NCBI GenBank assembly: GCA_963695545.1
Contig: OY968796.1
Location: 3,232,001 to 3,296,000 of the forward strand
Length of the DNA: 64,000 nt
Direction: 5' to 3'
From: Terriglobia bacterium
GTDB lineage: Bacteria > Acidobacteriota > Terriglobia > Acidiferrales > UBA7541
In this document: in pieces, positions 17,746 through 28,667 of the stretch
Numbering within the stretch: position 1 is the first letter of the stretch
Layout of the letters: each line of letters begins with the position of its first letter
The notes under the pieces: generated by a model
What the model was told of the DNA's origin: nothing
The model's database searches: none
Seen by the model: the letters and a program-made list of their open reading frames with translations, nothing else
Made by a program: the position numbers and the translations under genes

Positions 17746-19367
17746 GTCAGCGGGAAAAACGAAACGATGAACCAGGCGGCGATTATAGCACCAAAAATTG
17801 CGGCCGCAGCGGGCGAACCGGTGCGGCGGCGTATCACTTCGGAACCGTAGTGCTGGAGCACGGAGATCAGTATGAAGCTGGGCAGAAGCAGGCCGATCAG
17901 CACGTTGCCGTTCATGGTGAGGAAGTAGGCTGCGATCATCGCGACCCAGAGCTCGAAGCGCATGGCGGCGAAAAGGGCGAAGCGGCGCCAGTTTGCGCCG
18001 GGGAGGCGCGGGCCGAGGGCGACCTCTTCGGCGAGAAAATAGGGGAAAACGGCGAGCGCCGCGGGGGCTAGCCTGAGCAAGCGGGGCTTGGTGAGGAAGA
18101 AAATGCGCGAGGCGGTTTGAGCCCAGGTGTGGCGAAACATCCAGCTGGCCGCGTCGGCAGAGGAGCCGGCGAGCCAGGCTCGGGCGGCGATGGTGAAAAG
18201 GAGGGCGAGCGCGATCGCGGCAAGAATTCCGCGCGCGGACCAAACGAACGCCGTGCCGCGCGGGACGACCAGGAAAAACAGAGCGACGCCGGCGATCAGG
18301 AGGCAGGTTGCGAGGTAACTTCCATCGGAGAGACCGAGCCAACTGTAATGCGGCACGGCCGCAAGAAGCGCGACGGCGAAGACGCAGGCTACGGCCCATG
18401 TGCGCAGCGCTTTCGCGGGGCGCATGGCGGAGTGCGTGTCGTCATTCGTGTTTTCGGCGGAATATTTCGTTTCGGGATCGCGATCGGGATAGTGCGCCGC
18501 GGGCGGACGGATGCGTCCTGCAAAGATGGTTGCGGCGAGAGGAAAAAGAAGGATGATGCCCACGCAGCCGAGGAGAAATTCGGTGCGCGGCCAGCCGGGC
18601 ACGGGCGCGGGCGGGCCGGGGATGCCGAGGGCTTCGCGCGCCCATGCTGACGCGAGCGTGGAGACGCGCGGATCGGTGAGCACGCTGACGTGATCGGCGA
18701 GCGACACGTCGGCAAGATGGAAGGCGCGGAGTTGGGCGAAATCATCGGGAGCGGTGCGATCGCCGCCGGCGTCGCGCGCGAGATGGCGAGCTTCGGATCG
18801 CAGCCAGGGCACATCGAACTGCGCGCTGACCACCAAGAGATTCGAGGGCATGCGACGCGGCGGAACGAGAGGAGCGGGCGAAAGCGCGATGGTGGCGGCG
18901 GTGGGGAAGCGGTCGGCGAGGCGAATGGCGATTTCCGCGCCCATCGAGTGGCCGAGGAGAACGGTACGATCGAGATGAATGTCGCCGCGGTCGGCGAGCG
19001 CGGCGATGGCGTCGCCGGCGCAGGATTCGGCGTTGGCGTAAGTGAAAGGTTCGGTGCTATCGCCGTGGCCGGCGAGATCGATCATGTACACGCGGAGGCC
19101 TTGCGCGGCGAGCCGCTCTCCGAGCCAGGCCATGATGTGGCGATTTCCGGCGAGGCCGTGAAGGACGATGGCGTTGGCGAGCGGCGGTTCCTGGTAAGGC
19201 TCCATCACGGTGACGGGAGTGTGGCAGGCGTCGAGCTGATATTCGAACGTGGGCGGCTGATGGCGAATCGATTCCGCGCTGCCGGCGGCGATGAGAACGA
19301 TTCCGAGGATTGCGAGAAGCGTTTCGCGGCGCACGTGCTTCACACGCTGCATGGTCGCGCCGGTCAT
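17742..19367 (-). CDS. Alpha/beta hydrolase with C-terminal multi-TM domain
   Basis: HGLAG oxyanion, DLAGHG, GHSMG nucleophile elbow, DH; about 8 hydrophobic segments in the C-terminal half. Confidence 0.8.
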   Translation of the reverse strand: MTGATMQRVKHVRRETLLAILGIVLIAAGSAESIRHQPPTFEYQLDACHTPVTVMEPYQEPPLANAIVLHGLAGNRHIMAWLGERLAAQGLRVYMIDLAGHGDSTEPFTYANAESCAGDAIAALADRGDIHLDRTVLLGHSMGAEIAIRLADRFPTAATIALSPAPLVPPRRMPSNLLVVSAQFDVPWLRSEARHLARDAGGDRTAPDDFAQLRAFHLADVSLADHVSVLTDPRVSTLASAWAREALGIPGPPAPVPGWPRTEFLLGCVGIILLFPLAATIFAGRIRPPAAHYPDRDPETKYSAENTNDDTHSAMRPAKALRTWAVACVFAVALLAAVPHYSWLGLSDGSYLATCLLIAGVALFFLVVPRGTAFVWSARGILAAIALALLFTIAARAWLAGSSADAASWMFRHTWAQTASRIFFLTKPRLLRLAPAALAVFPYFLAEEVALGPRLPGANWRRFALFAAMRFELWVAMIAAYFLTMNGNVLIGLLLPSFILISVLQHYGSEVIRRRTGSPAAAAIFGAIIAAWFIVSFFPLT

Positions 19368-19471
19368 CGCTCGCCTCGTGGCTTGCCCCTGAGCTTGAAA
19401 CGCGCGTGATAAGATTGTGGTGTCGTGGTTTCGCGGCGGCGATTCATCGCGGTGTGGAGAGTGTTTCGCGC

Positions 19472-19981
19472 ATGGGTCAGATCATCACCGAAGACGAATT
19501 GATTGTCCAGTTGGGGCCGGAAAACCGCAACGGGCGGCAAGTGGTGTTCACGAACGGATGTTTCGATCTCGTGCACCCGGGGCACGTTCGCAGCCTTGAA
19601 CAGGCGCGGTCGCTGGGGGATTTTTTGGTCGTGGGACTAAATAGTGACGAGAGTGTGCGCGGACTGAAGGGGCCGGCGCGGCCCGTGCTGCCGCAGGAAG
19701 ATCGCGCAGCGATTTTGGCGGCTCTGGCGGCGGTGGATTACGTGGTGGTGTTCGATCGCGCGACTCCGCGAGAATTGCTGGCGCGGCTGCGGCCGGATAT
19801 TTTGGTGAAAGGCGCGGACTGGAATATCGAAACGATTGCCGGGCGCGAAGAAGTTGAAGCGGGCGGCGGGCGCGTGGTGTCCGTGCCGCTCGAGCCGGGA
19901 TTTTCGACGACGAGTTTGGTGGACGAACTGCATCGCAGGGCGCTGCTGATCAAGGCCTCCGAGTCGGGTTCCTCAGAATAA
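19472..19981 (+). CDS. rfaE2: D-glycero-beta-D-manno-heptose 1-phosphate adenylyltransferase (RfaE domain II)
   Basis: [42 protein letters not shown]. Confidence 0.92.
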   Translation: MGQIITEDELIVQLGPENRNGRQVVFTNGCFDLVHPGHVRSLEQARSLGDFLVVGLNSDESVRGLKGPARPVLPQEDRAAILAALAAVDYVVVFDRATPRELLARLRPDILVKGADWNIETIAGREEVEAGGGRVVSVPLEPGFSTTSLVDELHRRALLIKASESGSSE

Positions 19982-19986
19982 ATTCT

Positions 19987-22900
19987 ATGGTGTTGTCATC
20001 GGTCGCGGAGTTTCTCTCTCCATTTGGGCGCTTGCCTGCGGTTGAGGCGGCGCTCGAAAATTTGCGGCGCAATCGCGCGGCGACGCTGGCGGGGCTTGCG
20101 CCGCCGGCTGTGGCGCTGATGGTGGCGGAAGTCGCGGCGGGATTGCGCAATCCAATTGTAGTGGTGGTGGAAACGGATTCGCGGGGCGAGGAGTTGGCGG
20201 CGCCGCTGCGATTTTTCTTGCGCGTGCTCGCGAATTTGCCGGCGTCGGCGGTGGGGAATGTTCCGGCGCTTGACGTTGTGCCGGGAACGGGAATTTCGCC
20301 GCATCCGGAAATTCTGGAGACGCGCGGCGTTTCGCTGTGGCGCTACGCGACGGAGCAGACGCGCGTGCTGATTGTGCCGGCAGCGGCGGCGCGGATGCGC
20401 GCGCGCGACGCGGTGTTCTATTCGTCGCTCGGACTCACGCTGGTGCGCGACGAAGAGGTGCCGCTCGAAGACTTGGTGGCGCACCTGCGCAGCGTTGGGT
20501 ACATGCGCGCTGAAGCGGTGGAGATGCCGGGGCAATTTACGGTGCGCGGCGGAATTCTGGATGTGTTTTCTCCGGAGGCGGCGCGGCCGGTGCGGCTGGA
20601 GTTGCTGGGCGACACGCTGGAATCGCTGCGCGAGTTCGATCCGGAAACGCAGCGGTCGGTGCGACCGCTCGAGCGTGTGAGTCTTCCGCCGCTGACGGAT
20701 GAGCCGGGCGGTTGGCCCGAGGCGCCCGAGGAGCCGGCGGTCCAGACGCCGGCGTCGGCGTTCGGCACACTTTTTGAATTGCGGCCGGACACGATTGTGA
20801 TTCTGGAAGAGCCGGAAGCGATTGGGGCGGCGCAGGAGGCGGCGTTGCCGGGCGATGGCGCTGATGGCGTGGGCGACGACGCGGCGTGGCCATTTCTCGC
20901 GAAGAGTGAATATGAGAAATCGCTCGAGCGTTGTGCACGGTTGGAGCTGACGCGGCTGCCGATCGAAAAAACGCAATCGCGCGCGGCGCGACGGGCGCCG
21001 CACGCGGTTGTGACGCAGCCAGCGACGCGTTACCACGGGAATCTTCCCGTGTTTTTGACCGAGGCGCGCGGACGATTGAAGGCTGGCGAACGCGTGCTGG
21101 CCGCGGCGGGCACGCTGGGCGAACTCGAACGGCTCGCGGATTTGTGCCGCGAATACGAATTGCCATTTCGACTGGCGGAGACCGAGGCCGGCGTGACGGG
21201 CGATCGACTGGCGGACGATTCGGCTCTCGGCGGTGGCCCGGCACTGCTGCTGGTGCGCGCGCCGCTCGATGCGGGATTCATCGTGCCGGAAGCGCGTCTG
21301 GCGCTTTACGGCTCGGGCGATTTGCTCGATGCGCTGCCGACGAGATCGCGTCCGCGCGAGCGGTCGAAATCCGCAACTTTCTTTAGCGATCTGGGCGATT
21401 GGAAGCCGGGCGATTACGTGGTGCACCTGGATCACGGCATCGGGCGCTTCGAGAATTTGCAACAGATGGAAAGCGGCGGGAGTCGCGGCGAATTTCTGCG
21501 GCTGATTTACGCCGACGATGCGCGGCTCTACGTTCCAGTGGAGCGCATGGATCTGGTGCAGCCGTATCACACGGCGGGCGGCGCGGTGCCGCAACTGGAT
21601 TCGCTGGGCGGCGTGGGATGGACGACGCGCAAAGCGCGGGTAAAAAAATCGCTCGAAGAGATGGCGGACAAGCTTCTCGAGCTCTACGCCGAGAGGCAGA
21701 TGGCGCCGGGCCACGCGTTTCCGCCGGATACGGCGTGGCAGCGCGAGTTCGATGACGCGTTCGAGTTCGCGGAGACGCCGGATCAGGTGACGGCCATTGC
21801 CGACGTGAAGCGCGACATGGAGAGTCCGCGGCCGATGGATCGGCTGCTGTGCGGAGACGTGGGTTACGGCAAAACCGAAGTGGCGATGCGCGCGGCGTTC
21901 AAGGCGGTGATGGACGGAAAACAAGTGGTGGTGCTCACGCCGACGACGGTGCTGGCTTTCCAACACTTTGAAACGTTCCGGCGGCGCTTCGCGGCGTTTC
22001 CGGTGAAGATCGAAATGATCAGCCGGTTCCGCAGCGCCGCCGAGCAGAAAAAAGTGCTCCTCGCCGCCGAAGCGGGACAAGTGGACATTTTGATCGGGAC
22101 GCATCGGCTGTTCTCGAAGGATGTGAAGTTGCAGAACGTGGGGCTTGTGGTGGTGGATGAAGAGCAGCGCTTCGGCGTGGGGCACAAAGAAAAATTGAAG
22201 GCGCAGCGGCCGGACGTGGACGTGCTTACGCTTTCGGCCACGCCGATTCCGCGCACGCTGCACATGTCTCTGGTGGGCATGCGCGATCTTTCGCTGATCG
22301 AGACGCCGCCGACGGGGCGGCTCGCGATTCAGACGGTGGTCGCGCCGTTCAGCGAAGGCGTGGTGAAGCGCGCGATCGAGCAGGAGATGGAGCGCAACGG
22401 GCAGGTATTTTTCATTCACAACCGCGTGGAATCGATCGGCTCGGTGGCCACGCTGGTGAAGAAACTTGTGCCCAAAGCGCGCGTGGTGGTGGGGCACGGG
22501 CAGATGGGCGAGAAACAATTGGAAGAAGTGATGATGCGCTTTGTGCGCAACGATGCCGACGTGCTGATCTCGACGACGATCGTGGAGAACGGATTGGATA
22601 TTCCGCGCGCGAACACGATTTTGGTGAATCGAGCCGAACGCTTGGGGCTTTCCGAGCTGTATCAGCTTCGCGGGCGCGTGGGGCGTTCGAGTGAGCGCGC
22701 CTATGCGTACTTGCTTGTGCCGCCGGAGGCCACGCTTTCGGGAATTGCGCGTCAGCGCCTTGCGGCGCTGCGCGAGTTCAGTGAATTGGGCTCGGGATTT
22801 CGCCTCGCGGCGCTCGATCTTGAACTGCGCGGCGCGGGCAATTTGCTGGGGCGGCAGCAGCACGGACATATCAATTCGATCGGATTCGATCTCTACACGC

Positions 22901-23391
22901 AAATGCTGGACCGAGCCGTCGCGCAGCGCAAAGGCGATAGTGTGCGGCCGGAGCGCCGCGCCACGGTCAACCTGGGGCTCGACATACGCATCCCACCCGA
23001 ATACATCGCCGAGGAAAATTTGCGGCTGCGCACCTACAAGCGCATCGCGGAGCTGGAGCGGCCGGAGGCTCGCGAGGCGCTGCTGCAAGATTTGTCGGAC
23101 CGGTTCGGTCCGCCGCCGCAGGCGATTCTGAATTTGCTGGATTACTCGGCGCTGAAAGGCCTGGCCGAGTCGCTGGGAGTGGCGTCGATCGAGCGGCGCG
23201 CGTCGCAGGTAGCCGTGAAATTTCACGAAGAGACGCCGGTGCAGCCAGAGCGCCTGGTGAAAGTGCTGAGGTCGATGAAGGGATTGCGCCTTGACCCGGC
23301 CGGCGTGCTGTGGATCGAGATCGAGCGCGGCGCGGGCCGCGTGACGGAGACGATCAGAAACGTATTGCTTCGTCTTGAAGCCGAGGGCTAA
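19987..23391 (+). CDS. mfd: Transcription-repair coupling factor
   Basis: VRGGILDVF, VVHLDHGIG, CGDVGYGKTE, DEEQRFGV, QLRGRVGRS, RGAGNLLG. Confidence 0.97.
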   Translation: MVLSSVAEFLSPFGRLPAVEAALENLRRNRAATLAGLAPPAVALMVAEVAAGLRNPIVVVVETDSRGEELAAPLRFFLRVLANLPASAVGNVPALDVVPGTGISPHPEILETRGVSLWRYATEQTRVLIVPAAAARMRARDAVFYSSLGLTLVRDEEVPLEDLVAHLRSVGYMRAEAVEMPGQFTVRGGILDVFSPEAARPVRLELLGDTLESLREFDPETQRSVRPLERVSLPPLTDEPGGWPEAPEEPAVQTPASAFGTLFELRPDTIVILEEPEAIGAAQEAALPGDGADGVGDDAAWPFLAKSEYEKSLERCARLELTRLPIEKTQSRAARRAPHAVVTQPATRYHGNLPVFLTEARGRLKAGERVLAAAGTLGELERLADLCREYELPFRLAETEAGVTGDRLADDSALGGGPALLLVRAPLDAGFIVPEARLALYGSGDLLDALPTRSRPRERSKSATFFSDLGDWKPGDYVVHLDHGIGRFENLQQMESGGSRGEFLRLIYADDARLYVPVERMDLVQPYHTAGGAVPQLDSLGGVGWTTRKARVKKSLEEMADKLLELYAERQMAPGHAFPPDTAWQREFDDAFEFAETPDQVTAIADVKRDMESPRPMDRLLCGDVGYGKTEVAMRAAFKAVMDGKQVVVLTPTTVLAFQHFETFRRRFAAFPVKIEMISRFRSAAEQKKVLLAAEAGQVDILIGTHRLFSKDVKLQNVGLVVVDEEQRFGVGHKEKLKAQRPDVDVLTLSATPIPRTLHMSLVGMRDLSLIETPPTGRLAIQTVVAPFSEGVVKRAIEQEMERNGQVFFIHNRVESIGSVATLVKKLVPKARVVVGHGQMGEKQLEEVMMRFVRNDADVLISTTIVENGLDIPRANTILVNRAERLGLSELYQLRGRVGRSSERAYAYLLVPPEATLSGIARQRLAALREFSELGSGFRLAALDLELRGAGNLLGRQQHGHINSIGFDLYTQMLDRAVAQRKGDSVRPERRATVNLGLDIRIPPEYIAEENLRLRTYKRIAELERPEAREALLQDLSDRFGPPPQAILNLLDYSALKGLAESLGVASIERRASQVAVKFHEETPVQPERLVKVLRSMKGLRLDPAGVLWIEIERGAGRVTETIRNVLLRLEAEG

Positions 23392-23398
23392 GATACCA

Positions 23399-24721
23399 AT
23401 GACTATGAAGAAAATGAAGAATATGACCGATTGGCAAAGGTACGCCTGGAGTGTGCTCGCTGCGGCTGGATTGTGCGCGTGCCTTGTTCCCGCCGGATTT
23501 GCGGCGCAGACCCAGGCGCCAGCGCAGACCCCTGCGCAGACCCAAGGCGAATCAAGTTCCGCGCCACAGGCCGCGGCTCCTTCCTCGGGAGGTTCCGGCT
23601 CGAACGCCATGCCCAGGGCGAGTTCGACGCCTGCCGGCGGCGCGCCGGAAGACCCGGCGTCGTCGGACAGCAACGGGACGGTGATCGAAGAGATTGTGGC
23701 GCGAGTGAACAACGATATTATCACGCGCTCGGATCTGGATCGCGCGCGCGATCAGATGGTCGAAGACGTTCGTCACGACTGCGCGGGCTGCGCGGAAGCA
23801 GACATCCAGGCCAAGATTGCTGAGCAGGAACCGAATTTGCTTCGCAACCTAATCGATCAGTCGCTATTGGTGCAAAGGGCCAAGGACGACGACATCAACG
23901 TCGACGCCGACGTGGTGAAAAAGCTGGACGAAATTCGGCAGGATAACCACATCGCTTCGATGGAAGATCTCGAGCGCCAAATTGACGCTTCCGGAATGGA
24001 CTTCGAGGATTACAAGACCACAATTAGGAACCAATTGCTGACCCGGGAAGTGATCAGTAAGGAAGTGAGTTCGCGCGTGATCGTGGATCACGCGGAAGTA
24101 GCGAAGTATTACCAGGACCATCAGGATGAGTTCCAACGGCCAGAACAAGTGGTGTTGCGCGAGATCCTGGTGAGCACGGCGGATAAGACGCCCGACGAAG
24201 TCACGACGCTGCAGAAAAAAGCCCAGGGTCTGCTCGATCGTGTGCGCGCCGGAGACGATTTCGGCCAGCTGGCCATCCATTTCTCCGATGGACCGACGGC
24301 GAAAGACGGCGGGGAGCTGGGCACGTACGAGCGTGGACAGCTCGCTAAGGACATCGAGGACAAAGTCTTCGCGCTCGATCGCAACGGGACCACCGACGTC
24401 ATTCAGACCAAGGAAGGATTCCTGATACTGCAGGTCGAGCAGCGGTATGAGGCTGGTCTTCAGCCGCTCGACAAGGTCGAAGACGAAATCACCGACAAGT
24501 TGTTCACGGCAAAAGTCGAACCGGCTCTGCGCGATTACTTGAAGCAACTGCGTCAGGATAGTTTCGTGCTGGTGAAGCCGGGCTACGTGGATACGGCCGC
24601 AGTGCCTTCGAATGGAATTCAGGAAGTTTCGCCGGTGGCGGATACCGCGGCCAAGAAAACCAAAACGGCTCACAAGTTTTTATTTTTTGGCCACAAGAAA
24701 TTCCCCAGTCAAGGCACATGA
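23399..24721 (+). CDS. SurA/PrsA-like parvulin peptidyl-prolyl isomerase
   Basis: Signal peptide, EIVARVNNDIIT, F.QLA..FSDG.TAKDGGELG; exact start uncertain (several ATGs 23399-23423). Confidence 0.88.
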   Translation: MTMKKMKNMTDWQRYAWSVLAAAGLCACLVPAGFAAQTQAPAQTPAQTQGESSSAPQAAAPSSGGSGSNAMPRASSTPAGGAPEDPASSDSNGTVIEEIVARVNNDIITRSDLDRARDQMVEDVRHDCAGCAEADIQAKIAEQEPNLLRNLIDQSLLVQRAKDDDINVDADVVKKLDEIRQDNHIASMEDLERQIDASGMDFEDYKTTIRNQLLTREVISKEVSSRVIVDHAEVAKYYQDHQDEFQRPEQVVLREILVSTADKTPDEVTTLQKKAQGLLDRVRAGDDFGQLAIHFSDGPTAKDGGELGTYERGQLAKDIEDKVFALDRNGTTDVIQTKEGFLILQVEQRYEAGLQPLDKVEDEITDKLFTAKVEPALRDYLKQLRQDSFVLVKPGYVDTAAVPSNGIQEVSPVADTAAKKTKTAHKFLFFGHKKFPSQGT

Positions 24722-25752
24722 AGTCGCCCTACGTCGCTGAGCTTCGCGCCGATCAGTCCGTCAGCACATTTTTCCTCGTTTCCGAAAAAGAAATTCGATC
24801 TACGAAGGACTCGCGAAAATACTTGCGTCTCGAGCTGACCGACCGCACAGGGTCGATCGAAGCGCGCATGTGGGGCGGCTTTGAGAAGGATGCCGCGACG
24901 TTCGAGCGCGAAGGCTACGTGAAGGTGCAGGCGCGCGTCGAAAGCTATCGCGGGAAACTGCAGCTGGCGATCGATCGTGTACGGCGTGCGGAGCTCTCGG
25001 AAGTGGACGCCGGAGATTATCTTCCGCAGACCAAGCTCGACGTGGAAGCGCTGTACGCGAAGCTGCGCGAGTACGGCGAGGGAATTACGAATCCCTGGCT
25101 GCGGCGCTTGGTGATGAGCGTGCTGGAAGATCCGGAGCTTGTGCCGCGTTTCAAGCGCGCTCCGGCGGCCAAGATGATGCACCACGCGTATCTCGGCGGT
25201 TTGCTCGAGCACGTCGTCAGCTTGTGCGGACTCGCGCGCTTGGTTGCGGCGCATTATCCCGAAGTCGATGGCGATCTGCTGATGACCGGCGCGATCCTGC
25301 ACGACATCGGCAAACTCGACGAGTTGTCGTACGAGCGCTCGATCGGATACACCACGGCGGGGCAGTTGCTCGGGCACATCATGCTCGAATATGAGCTGGT
25401 GACGAAGAAGATGGACGCGATCGAGGGATTTCCCCCGGAATTGAAAACGCTGGTGCAGCACATGCTCATCAGTCATCACGGGCAGTACGAATTCGGTTCG
25501 CCGAAACGCCCGATGTTCCGCGAAGCGCTGCTGCTGCACTATATCGACGATATGGATTCGAAGATGGCGGCGACTCGCGGCGCGCTGGAATCCGAAGCGG
25601 GCGACGAGGAATGGACGGCGTTCAATCCCGCACTCGACCGGCGCTTGCTGCGACTGGATGATTTCCTGAAAACGGCGGAGCCGGCAGCGCAGTCGGGAAC
25701 CTTGTTTGAAACCAAGCCCGCGCGGGCTGCGGGAAAAGCGGGCAAGGAATGA
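24718..25752 (+). CDS. YhaM/Cbf1-like OB-fold + HD-domain 3'-5' exoribonuclease
   Basis: L.DRTGSIEARMW OB fold; PAA..MHHAYLGGLLEH, LHDIGK, SHHG, HYIDDMDSK. Confidence 0.9.
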   Translation: MKSPYVAELRADQSVSTFFLVSEKEIRSTKDSRKYLRLELTDRTGSIEARMWGGFEKDAATFEREGYVKVQARVESYRGKLQLAIDRVRRAELSEVDAGDYLPQTKLDVEALYAKLREYGEGITNPWLRRLVMSVLEDPELVPRFKRAPAAKMMHHAYLGGLLEHVVSLCGLARLVAAHYPEVDGDLLMTGAILHDIGKLDELSYERSIGYTTAGQLLGHIMLEYELVTKKMDAIEGFPPELKTLVQHMLISHHGQYEFGSPKRPMFREALLLHYIDDMDSKMAATRGALESEAGDEEWTAFNPALDRRLLRLDDFLKTAEPAAQSGTLFETKPARAAGKAGKE

Positions 25753-26270
25753 GCGACGCGACCGCGAATCGCCGCGTGGCGGGAAACGCGCCCCACGTGC
25801 GCCGTTCGATTCTGGAATTGGCGCCGCTCGAACTTGATTGCATGAATGCGCTGTGGTCCGCCGGCGAAGGAACCGTGCGGCAGATTCAACAGTTAATGGC
25901 GTCCACTCGGCCGCGCGCTTACACCACGATTATGACGATTCTGGATCGGCTGGCGCAAAAGGGAGTCGTGGCTCGGCAGAAGTCCGGGCGGGCGTACATG
26001 TATCGGCCGAATCTTACCGCGGAGCAGGCTCGCGCTCATGCCGTGGAGCGAATCGTGGATGGATTTTTTGAGGGATCGACACAGGCGTTGGCGGCGCAGC
26101 TTGCGGGCGCTCCCTCAGCGAGGCTCGCCGCTCCAATCGGAATCGTTTTGCCGGCGACGGCACCACGCGCCGAACGAGTTGCGGGCGCGCAGCGAAAATC
26201 TTCGGCGACACCATCCGCAACCGCGCCCGACGCGTCGTCCGAGCCGGCGCTGGATGCCGCGCTACTCTAG
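25749..26270 (+). CDS. BlaI/MecI/CopY-family repressor
   Basis: LE..CMNALW...AYTTIMTILDRLAQKG...GRAY.Y.P. Confidence 0.88.
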   Translation: MSDATANRRVAGNAPHVRRSILELAPLELDCMNALWSAGEGTVRQIQQLMASTRPRAYTTIMTILDRLAQKGVVARQKSGRAYMYRPNLTAEQARAHAVERIVDGFFEGSTQALAAQLAGAPSARLAAPIGIVLPATAPRAERVAGAQRKSSATPSATAPDASSEPALDAALL

Positions 26271-27281
26271 GTGATCATGCTGCCTGACGCATTCACAATT
26301 CGCGACCTGCGCATCGCTCCGGCAACGGTGCTGGCGCCAATGGCCGGCGTCACGGACACCGTATTTCGCCGCATGATTCGCGAACTCGGCGGCTGCGGTT
26401 TGATCATGACCGAATTCACGAGTGCCGAAGGCGCGACGCGGAATATTGCGCGCACCATGCGCTATCTTTTATTTGAGCCAGAAGAACATCCCATCGCCGC
26501 GCAACTTTTTGGCGCGGACGCCGATGCCATGGGGCGTGCCGCGGCGCTGGTGGAAGAGCTGGGCTTTGACACAGTCGACGTCAATCTCGGATGCCCGGCG
26601 AAGAAGGTCGTGAAATGCGGGGGTTCGGGACTCCTGCGCGATCTGGTGAAGCTTGAGGGAATTCTGCGGGCCGTGCGCGCGGCCGTTCGGATACCCATGA
26701 CTATCAAGATTCGCGCGGGTTGGGACGAGAAGAGTATCGTCGCGGTGGAAGTGGCGCGCATGGCCGAACAAATCGGCGTGGAAGCCATCGCCGTGCACCC
26801 GCGCACGCGCGAGCAAGGATTTTCGGGCAATGCGGATTGGAGCGTGATCGCAGCGGTGAAACAGGCCGTGCGCATGCCGGTGATCGGCAATGGCGATATT
26901 CGCGTGCCGGAAGACGCGGCGCGCATGGTGCGCGAAACGGGTTGCGACGCGGTGATGATTGGCCGCGCGGCGTCGACGAATCCCTGGATCTTCCGCCAGA
27001 TCTCCGAGTACGCGCGTATCGGTTCTTATGCGGAAGCCAGCGAAGCCGATCGCTTCGCGCTGCTCTCGGCGTACTTTCGCAATTTGGTGGAGACCGGCTG
27101 GCCCGACGCGATCGGGAAAATGAAGATGTTTGCGTGCTACTTCACGCACGCGGTGCGCAACGGCAGCGCGCTGCGCGCGGAAGTTCACGCGTCGCGGACG
27201 CCGGAAGAAGTTCTGGAACGTGTGGAGCGATTTGCGGCGCAGCCTGCATTTGCGCCGGAACTTGAAGGAGGTGGATCGTGA
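26271..27281 (+). CDS. dusB: tRNA dihydrouridine synthase
   Basis: LAPMAGVTD, NLGCP, KIRAGWD, HPRT, GNGDI, VMIGR. Confidence 0.92.
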   Translation: MIMLPDAFTIRDLRIAPATVLAPMAGVTDTVFRRMIRELGGCGLIMTEFTSAEGATRNIARTMRYLLFEPEEHPIAAQLFGADADAMGRAAALVEELGFDTVDVNLGCPAKKVVKCGGSGLLRDLVKLEGILRAVRAAVRIPMTIKIRAGWDEKSIVAVEVARMAEQIGVEAIAVHPRTREQGFSGNADWSVIAAVKQAVRMPVIGNGDIRVPEDAARMVRETGCDAVMIGRAASTNPWIFRQISEYARIGSYAEASEADRFALLSAYFRNLVETGWPDAIGKMKMFACYFTHAVRNGSALRAEVHASRTPEEVLERVERFAAQPAFAPELEGGGS

Positions 27282-27643
27282 GCGTAACTGCTGGTTCGGG
27301 ATCGACCATGAAGCGGCGCGCCGACCGGCGCATCGCCGTGCATTTGCCTGTCCGTGTGCGCGGCGCGGATCGCGCGGGCGTGCGATTCGATGAATTGACC
27401 ACCAGTGAAAATGTATGCCGCGATGGGCTGGCGTTTGCCACGCTGCATGAGCTGCTGCCGGGCACCAGTCTCGAAATCGAAATCGCGCAGGCGGCACGGG
27501 CCAGCGAACGCCCGATCCAGGACTTTTCCACGCGCGGAGACGTCGCGCACGTCAGGCCGGCGGCTGATACTCGCCAATACCTCGTGGGAGTGAAATTCAC
27601 GGGGCCGCGCTTCCATCGAGTTTTCCACCCGGAATCGGATTAA
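27278..27643 (+). CDS. Single-domain PilZ-like protein
   Basis: RRADRR motif and ENVCRDG (variant of D/N-x-S-x-x-G), YLVGVKF. Confidence 0.7.
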   Translation: MSVTAGSGSTMKRRADRRIAVHLPVRVRGADRAGVRFDELTTSENVCRDGLAFATLHELLPGTSLEIEIAQAARASERPIQDFSTRGDVAHVRPAADTRQYLVGVKFTGPRFHRVFHPESD

Positions 27644-28512
27644 CGCTCGAGCAACAATCGTTTGTACGCGTCGCGCTTGTTCAAGCCCCGCTCACGCGCG
27701 GCTTGCTTGAGCGCGGCTTTGCGGTCGAGCCCCTCTTCGCGCTCGAGTTGCGCAACGCGCGCGGAAAGACCGAGTAGGGCGGCTGGCGCCGCCGCCGACG
27801 GGGCAGTTTCTTCAGAGAAGGGACCGACAAGGACCGTCATTTCGCCGCGCGGCGGATCTTTTGTGACGCGCTCGGCCAGCTCCGCCAACGTGCCGCGCAG
27901 AAATTCCTCGTGCAACTTGGTGATCTCGCGCGCCACAACCGCTGGCCGCGCGCCCAGAATCTCCGCGGCGTCTTGCAACATATCCGCGATGCGGTGCGGC
28001 GCTTCGTAGAAAATCAGCGTGCGCCGTTCGTCGCGGAGAGTTTCGAGGCTCTTTCGGCGATTGCCTGCGCGCGCGGGCAAAAATCCCAGGAACGCGAACT
28101 CCTCGACGGGCAGGCCGGATGCGGATAGAGCGGCGAGCAGAGCCGAAGGGCCGGGAATCGGAATGACCGGGATGTGGTGGCGGAGGCAAAGCGTCACCAA
28201 ATGATGGCCGGGGTCGGAGACCACGGGCGTGCCGGCATCGCTTGCGAGCGCCACGCTCGATCCCTGCTCCATCTCGATCACAAGTTCGGCGCCGCGCGTG
28301 ATTTCGTTGTGCTCGTGGTAGCTCACCAGTCGTTTTTCGATCTCGAAATGGTGGAGCAGCTTTTGCGTTTGCCGCGTGTCTTCGCAGGCCACAAGGTCGA
28401 CCTCGCGCAGCACGCGGAGCGCGCGAAGCGTGATGTCTTCCAGATTGCCGATGGGCGTCGAGACCAGGTACAGGCGTCCGATGCCGTCGGTTGCAGCGCG
28501 CGATTCTGTCAC
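27640..28512 (-). CDS. rsmI: 16S rRNA C1402 2'-O-methyltransferase
   Basis: LYLVSTPIGNLEDIT.RA, CEDTR, SDAGTP.VSDPG, REITKLHEE; GTG start chosen. Confidence 0.95.
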   Translation of the reverse strand: MTESRAATDGIGRLYLVSTPIGNLEDITLRALRVLREVDLVACEDTRQTQKLLHHFEIEKRLVSYHEHNEITRGAELVIEMEQGSSVALASDAGTPVVSDPGHHLVTLCLRHHIPVIPIPGPSALLAALSASGLPVEEFAFLGFLPARAGNRRKSLETLRDERRTLIFYEAPHRIADMLQDAAEILGARPAVVAREITKLHEEFLRGTLAELAERVTKDPPRGEMTVLVGPFSEETAPSAAAPAALLGLSARVAQLEREEGLDRKAALKQAARERGLNKRDAYKRLLLER

Positions 28513-28667
28513 GGAGCGCTCCCGGGCGCAGTCTAGCATGCCGCGCGGACGATCTCGCTTCGAATGGAAACGCGCAGGGCGCGGTGCGGGCGGCGTGCTA
28601 AAATGAATCGAATCCCGTTCAGCGCGCGATCTCCACACGTATGGCTCGGGAACCAGGGAGCGCTGCC

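Noticed and set aside
19996..23724. 1242-aa antisense ORF (also 86-1669, 55420-57657 and similar)
   Set aside because: Antisense shadow of a well-supported gene; no recognisable motifs
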